NCBI GenBank assembly: GCA_963697335.1
Contig: CAVONQ010000002.1
Location: 96,001 to 160,000 of the forward strand
Direction of reading: 5' to 3'
DNA: 64,000 nt
Source of the DNA: an uncultured cyanobacterium
GTDB lineage: Bacteria > Cyanobacteriota > Cyanobacteriia > PCC-6307 > Cyanobiaceae
Position 1 is the stretch's first letter. Every line of letters starts with the position of its first letter. The notes under the pieces were generated by a model that made no database searches, had not been told where the DNA came from, and was given only the letters and a program-made list of their open reading frames with translations. The position numbers and the translations under genes are program-made. Below are positions 58,833 through 64,000 of this stretch, in pieces.

Positions 58833-58870
58833 ACCCACCCCGGTGATGTGTGCGCATCTTAGTGCGCATC
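58825..58870. promoter_or_regulatory. putative vapBC operator: three GTGCGCAT boxes
   Basis: Copies at 58825, 58850 and 58862, each containing the TGCGCA palindrome; one copy overlaps the antitoxin start codon. Confidence 0.5.
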
Positions 58871-60389
58871 AACCGCAACCCCATGGCGCTCAGCGGCGGC
58901 CTCCACCAGCCGTTGCTCGGTGGCCCGGTACACCGCCTCCGCCTCCGCGGCACTGCGGCCGATGCAGGTCATGCCGAGCTTGCCGTACTCCGAGAGGCAG
59001 CCCAGCAGATGAAACACGCTGCCGCGCAGCTGGGCCGGGTCGTAGTGCAGGCCCGCTTCCGCCACGATGTCGATCAGGTCGATCGGCAGCAGGCCGCGCA
59101 GCTCAGGAGCGCAGAAGTTATCGGTGGCGCGGTAGTGCAGCGCGGCGCCGGTGGGGGAGCGGTAGAGCCCATCGCTGGGGTCGAGCCGGCCGCTGGTGAT
59201 CGCGTTCAGGGCCATGTAGGGGTGGGTGGTGCCCCCCTGGCGCAGGTTGATCTCGATCGCCTGTAGCTCCCAGTGGCTGCCGAAGCGCCGGGCGATGAAG
59301 TCCACCGCAAAGCGCTCCAGGGCTCCCTCGGCGGCCAGGGCCCGGCCGATGGCCAGCCCATGGGCCATCAGCTCCCGGCGGTAGGCCTCGGCGGCGGGGA
59401 AGCAGCAGCCCAGGTAGGTCTGGCCGCTGGCCCCCCCCAGCACCTGCTCGTGGGTGGAGAGCACCTCCACGGCGCCGGGCCTGCCGCCTGTTCCCGGATG
59501 GATGATCCCCTGAACGCTGGGGGAGCGCAGGGCCTCACCCCCCTGCAGCCAGGCCTCCACCAGGGCCCCCTGGTGGGCCATCAGCTCCTGCCAGCAGGGC
59601 GCCGTCATCGGCAGCTGCACCAGGGCCTCGCGCAGCAGTTGCTCGCCGCCGTGGCGCCGGGTGCTCGTGCAGCTGCAGTGGGGCCAGCTCCAGCAGGGCG
59701 TTGCCCTCGCCGCTGAAGCCCTCGTTGAGCTTCACCACGCAGCGCTCCAGCTCGGGATGCTGCTCCCAGAGCTCGGCCGTGGCCTCCGCCAGGCTGGCCA
59801 GGTCGAACACCAGCCCACTGCCGGGCGGGTGGGGCACGCCACAGCGCTGAAACAGGGTGCGGCTGCCGGCCTTGCTGCCCCAGTGCAGCAGGTGGGGGGA
59901 GGTGCCCAGCAGCGGCACCTGCAGGCGCTCCGAGAGCTGCCGCTCCAGGTCACTCACCACGAAACAGCTGATGAAGCTGCGGCCCGGCCGCAGCAGTTCG
60001 CCGATGCGGGCCAGCAGGGCCGGCCGCTCCAGCAACTTGGCGGTGAGGGGCCGGCCCGAGGCGTCGTCGGTGTCGAACAGGTGCAGGCGGCGGCGGGCAT
60101 GGGAGGTGGGCACCCCCGGCAGCAGCTCCAGCACCGCATCCACCACCAGCTCGGCCAGGGGCTTGCTGCTCGCATACACCATGCGTACCCCCGGGTGGCG
60201 CAGCCCGATCAGGGCGAACAGCTGCCGTTCCTCGTAGTGGTGCGACCCCGTGACCAGGGCCATCTGGCTCTGGTCCATCGAGAGCGAGGGCACCAGCAGC
60301 ACGTCCACCCCCGGCCCCAGGCCGCCGGTGGTGTAACCCCAGGAGGGCTGCAGTTGCCGCTGCAGCTCCACAAAGCTGAGCGCCGTCAT
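58859..60389 (-). CDS. PGM1-related ATP-grasp peptide ligase-like protein, frameshifted near 59650
   Basis: [30 protein letters not shown], then in the shifted frame [35 protein letters not shown] and GKLGMTCIG. Confidence 0.8.
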
Positions 60390-60401
60390 CCCCGGCCCCC
60401 C

Positions 60402-62483
60402 TCAGGCACTGAAGGCTTTGCGGGGCGGGATGGGATAGGGGATGCGGCGATGGCGCATGCGCTTCCACACCCGCACGAAGGCCCGGATCAGCAGCTCCAG
60501 CTCGGCGCGGCTGATGCCGCTGCCCGCCAGTTGGCCATCCCGCTGGCGCGCCTCCAGGATGCGGCGCACCATCGTGCGCGCTTCGTCCTCATTGGTGCCG
60601 GGCGGCAGGGAGCGCAGGGCGGCTTCGCAGCCGTCGGCGAGCATCAGGATCGCCGTCTCGCGGCTGCGGGGGGTGGGGCCGCGGTAGCGAAAATCGGCCT
60701 CCCGCACCGAGGGGTCGCGCTCGCGGGCGTGGTGCAGGAAGTAGCCCATCTTGAGCGTGCCCTGGTGCTCGGGGATGAAGTCCGCCAGGGGCCGCGGCAG
60801 CCGGTAGCGGCGGGCCAGCTTCAGGCCTTCGTCCACGTGGGCCTGCAGGATGGCGGCGCTGGCGTAGGGGTCATCGAGGGCGTCGTGGGGATTGGCCCCC
60901 TCCTCCTGGTTCTCGATGAACCACTGGGGTCCGTGCAGCTTGCCCACGTCGTGGTACAGCGCCCCGGTGCGCACCAGATCCACGTCGGCGCCGATGCTGC
61001 GGGCCCCCTCCTCGGCCAGGCCCGCGATCATCAGGGTGTGCTCGAAGGTGCCGGGCGCCTCGCAGGAGAGCCGGCGCAGCAGGGGCCGCTCCAGGTCGGC
61101 CAGTTCCAGCAGCCGGGTGCGGGTCATCAGCCCGAAGAAGGTCTCCACCAGGGGGGCCAGCAGCAGGCCCGCCATCAGCAGCCCCGCCAGCAGCAGGGCT
61201 TCACTGAGCAGGTCGAACTGCCCCGGCTGGCCGCGGCCCTGCAGCAGCAGCCACTGCAGCAGCACGGCCCCGCCCGGCAGCAGCACGGCCAGCTGCAGCA
61301 GCTCGGCCCGGCTGCGCTGGCGGCCGGCGGTCACCGCCGCCACCGCCGCCGTGGCTGCGGCCAGCAGCAGGCGCAGGCCCAGCAGACCGCTCATCGGCAC
61401 CGGCCAGAGCAGGGTGGCGGCGGCCAGCCAGGCCAGGCCGCTGGCGGTGCCCAGGCCCTGGGCCAGCAGCAGGGTGGGCGGCACCAGCAGCACCATCGGG
61501 CTGGCGCCCGGGCCGAGCCAGAGGTGCACCCCCTGCACCGCCAGCAGGGTGCCCAGGGCGAGCATCGCCTGGCGCGGTTCGAGGCTGGGGCGCCAGCGGC
61601 GCAGCAGCAGCACCATGGCGCCGGTGATGGCCAGGCTCTCGAGGAAATGGGCCAGCCACACGAGCGGCCTGGCACGGCGGTTCACCAGGCCGAAATGGTC
61701 GAGCACGTCGAACACCTGGGCGTTGATCACCTCCCCCTGGCGCACCACCAGATCGCCTTTGCTGACGCTGATCGTGGGGATCCCCTGCTGGCTGATCAAC
61801 GCCTCGATGCGGCGTTGGCTGAGGGCCGGGTCGCTGCGCAGGTTGGTCTGGCCCTGCAGGCTCTGCACCACCAGCCGGGCGCCCAGGTCCCGGCCCTGTC
61901 CGCTCAGTTGATCCAGTTGCAACGAGGCGGCCTCCTGCAGCTGTCCCTCCGAGACCCCCGGCGCCAGCCCCTGGCTGAGCATGCGCAGCTGGGCCCGGCT
62001 CACCTCCCCCTGCCAGGCCGTGAGCTGGGCGCGGCTGAGCCCCCGCAGCCAGCGGCGTTCCTGCTCGCTGAGCGGCAGGGCCTCCACCCGGTCCTGGGCG
62101 CTGCCCAGCTGGTCCTGCATCAGCTCGAGCTGCGCGCCCAGCTGGGCGCGCAGGCGCAGGCTGGCCTCCCCATCCACCACCTGGACGGTGGTGCGGGGCA
62201 GCATCTGCTGGCGCCGCTCCTCCAGGGCCGTGCTGTCCACCACCTCGGCCGATTCAGGCGCCCGCACCGTGAACGGGGCGAGCATGCCGGGGCGCAGGCT
62301 CGGCTCCGCCAGCCACGACCAGCTGCTCAACACCGCCACCAGGGCGCACACCATCAGCACCGCCAGGCTGTCCTGGCCGCGCCAGCAGGCGGGTGGCTGG
62401 CGGGGGCGCTCCGTGCGCAGCCACTGGCGCCACAGGCTGCGCACCCAGCCGGGGATCTGGATCGTCGACTGCCGGCCACGCAT
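60402..62483 (-). CDS. 7TM-HD (HDIG) membrane phosphohydrolase, PgpH-like
   Basis: Extracellular domain, multi-TM block, then [34 protein letters not shown] and MLADGCEAA motifs. Confidence 0.9.
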   Translation of the reverse strand: MRGRQSTIQIPGWVRSLWRQWLRTERPRQPPACWRGQDSLAVLMVCALVAVLSSWSWLAEPSLRPGMLAPFTVRAPESAEVVDSTALEERRQQMLPRTTVQVVDGEASLRLRAQLGAQLELMQDQLGSAQDRVEALPLSEQERRWLRGLSRAQLTAWQGEVSRAQLRMLSQGLAPGVSEGQLQEAASLQLDQLSGQGRDLGARLVVQSLQGQTNLRSDPALSQRRIEALISQQGIPTISVSKGDLVVRQGEVINAQVFDVLDHFGLVNRRARPLVWLAHFLESLAITGAMVLLLRRWRPSLEPRQAMLALGTLLAVQGVHLWLGPGASPMVLLVPPTLLLAQGLGTASGLAWLAAATLLWPVPMSGLLGLRLLLAAATAAVAAVTAGRQRSRAELLQLAVLLPGGAVLLQWLLLQGRGQPGQFDLLSEALLLAGLLMAGLLLAPLVETFFGLMTRTRLLELADLERPLLRRLSCEAPGTFEHTLMIAGLAEEGARSIGADVDLVRTGALYHDVGKLHGPQWFIENQEEGANPHDALDDPYASAAILQAHVDEGLKLARRYRLPRPLADFIPEHQGTLKMGYFLHHARERDPSVREADFRYRGPTPRSRETAILMLADGCEAALRSLPPGTNEDEARTMVRRILEARQRDGQLAGSGISRAELELLIRAFVRVWKRMRHRRIPYPIPPRKAFSA

Positions 62484-62552
62484 GGTCTGACGCTAGCGAG
62501 GGGCGCTCGGGCGCCAGCATTGCAAGCTGGGGATTGCCCATCCCCTCGATCC

Positions 62553-63434
62553 ATGGCCACCCGTCTCGATGGGCGTGAGCTCGCCGCCGTGATCGAAACG
62601 AGACTCGCCGCCACCATCGCCGCCCACCAGAGCCGCCTGGGGTGCCCCCCCGGCCTGGCGGTGCTCAGGGTGGGCGACGACCCCGCCAGCGGCGTCTACG
62701 TGGCCAACAAGGAGAAGGCCTGCGGCCGGGTGGGGATCCGCAGCCTCGGGGCGCACCTGCCGGCCGCCACCAGCCTTGAGCAGATCCGGGCCACCATCGA
62801 GGGCCTCAACGGCGATCCGGCCGTCGACGGCATCCTGGTGCAGCTGCCCCTGCCCGGCGGCCTGGACGCGGCGCCCCTGCTGATGGCCCTCGACCCCGCC
62901 AAGGATGCCGATGGCCTGCACACCCTCAACCTCGGCCGCCTGCTCAAGGGGGAACCCGGACCGCGCAGCTGCACCCCGGCCGGGGTGATGGCCCTGCTGG
63001 CCCGGGCCGGGGTGGACCTGGCCGGGCGGCGGGCGGTGGTGGTGGGGCGCAGCATCCTGGTGGGCCAGCCCATGGCCCTGATGCTGCAGGCCGCCGATGC
63101 CACGGTCACCGTGGCCCACTCCCGCAGCCGCGACCTGCCGAGCCTCACCCGGCAGGCCGAGGTGCTGGTGGTGGCGGCGGGTCGCCCCCGCATGGTGGGG
63201 GCCGAGCACGTGCGGCCCGGCGCGGTGGTGGTGGATGTGGGCATCCACCGACGGCCCGAGGGCGGCCTCTGCGGCGACGTGATCTTTGAGGAGGTGGAGC
63301 CCCTGGCCGCCGCGATCACGCCGGTGCCGGGGGGGGTGGGCCCGATGACGGTGGCCATGCTGCTGGTGAATACCGTGGTGGCCTGGTGTCGCCGCCATGG
63401 GCTTGAGCACGGGCTGGATGATCTCGTCCCTTGA
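62553..63434 (+). CDS. folD: bifunctional methylenetetrahydrofolate dehydrogenase/cyclohydrolase
   Basis: [39 protein letters not shown] and [11 protein letters not shown] motifs. Confidence 0.96.
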   Translation: MATRLDGRELAAVIETRLAATIAAHQSRLGCPPGLAVLRVGDDPASGVYVANKEKACGRVGIRSLGAHLPAATSLEQIRATIEGLNGDPAVDGILVQLPLPGGLDAAPLLMALDPAKDADGLHTLNLGRLLKGEPGPRSCTPAGVMALLARAGVDLAGRRAVVVGRSILVGQPMALMLQAADATVTVAHSRSRDLPSLTRQAEVLVVAAGRPRMVGAEHVRPGAVVVDVGIHRRPEGGLCGDVIFEEVEPLAAAITPVPGGVGPMTVAMLLVNTVVAWCRRHGLEHGLDDLVP

Positions 63435-63458
63435 GATCCCCGTGAGCCCAGCAGCCGA

Positions 63459-64000
63459 TCAGCGCCTGCCGCCTCGCAGCCGCCCCAGCAGGCGCTTCAA
63501 CAGGGACGGTTTGCGCTTGGCGCCCAGCAGCTGGGCGCCCTGGGCGGCGATGGCCGCCAGCTCCCCCTGCAGCCGGCTGCGTTCTTCGGCGCTGAGCTGA
63601 TCGGCGCTCACCCGGGCCAGCAGCTTGCGGCTCTGGCGCAGGTTCACCAACAGCCGCTGGGGGGGGTGTCCCTGCCGGCACTGCACCCGCAGGGTGTCGA
63701 GCACGTCCTGCAGCTGCTTGGCCCTGGTGCTGCGGCCCCTGCTCTGCGCGGCCGCCGCGGCCAGCGCCCGCAGCTGGGGCCTTGGCGGTGCCACGGCCAG
63801 CAGGGGACTGCCCTCCTCCTCGCTCCCTGCCGATTCCCGCTCCAACCCCCACTCCTGCGCCAGGCGGGCCAGGGCTTCGGCGGCGAACAGCGGCAGCGGC
63901 GGAGCCGTGAACGGAAAGTGCTTGGCCAGGCCCCCGTCGAGCTCGGCGCGGCGATCGATCAGCAGAAACCCCAGCGCCTGCCAGCAGGGGCGCAGCCGCT
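63459..64000 (-). CDS. hypothetical protein, C-terminal part (5' end beyond the window)
   Basis: Frame of ORF 63459-63845 stays open to the window edge (RLRPCWQALGFLLIDRRAELDGGLAKHFPF...). Confidence 0.6.
   Translation of the reverse strand, partial: RLRPCWQALGFLLIDRRAELDGGLAKHFPFTAPPLPLFAAEALARLAQEWGLERESAGSEEEGSPLLAVAPPRPQLRALAAAAAQSRGRSTRAKQLQDVLDTLRVQCRQGHPPQRLLVNLRQSRKLLARVSADQLSAEERSRLQGELAAIAAQGAQLLGAKRKPSLLKRLLGRLRGGRR

Noticed and set aside
59661..63434. 1257-aa plus-strand ORF
   Set aside because: Shadow of the HDIG and ATP-grasp genes joined in frame to folD; the real start is ATG 62553.

Overview
This is a GC-rich (visibly about 70% GC) window from a picocyanobacterial chromosome, most like Cyanobium or freshwater Synechococcus. 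The assignment rests on the gene set and order: petA/petC/petG, psaF/psaJ, chlI, crtL, hli, cytM and guaB-yfr1-trxA. Most of the window is core housekeeping and photosynthesis genes, plus tRNA-Val(CAC) and the Yfr1 sRNA. I found no CRISPR array, transposase, integrase or rRNA. The non-routine signals are: (1) a small toxin-antitoxin 'graveyard' around galE (56.5-58.9 kb) holding a deleted PIN/VapC relic, a possible RelE/ParE scrap, a perfect 26-bp palindrome, a dead minimal nucleotidyltransferase and an intact vapBC pair with repeated operator-like boxes; (2) a heavily deleted pilT relic between hli and wecB; (3) a PsaJ lacking the usual Asn and C-terminal His; (4) a 69-aa orphan ORF after ychF with a striking acidic/aromatic motif; (5) a candidate structured sRNA beside tRNA-Val, and a Helicobacter-type Mqo preceded by a 25-bp tandem duplication; (6) petG nested antisense inside the rsmD reading frame; (7) three single-base frameshifts in otherwise intact genes, probably sequencing errors; and (8) enigmatic enzymes, namely a PGM1-like ATP-grasp ligase, a diverged DUF39 protein and a degenerate NYN protein. 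I cannot demonstrate a complete new system from the sequence alone. All family assignments come from motif recognition without database searches.
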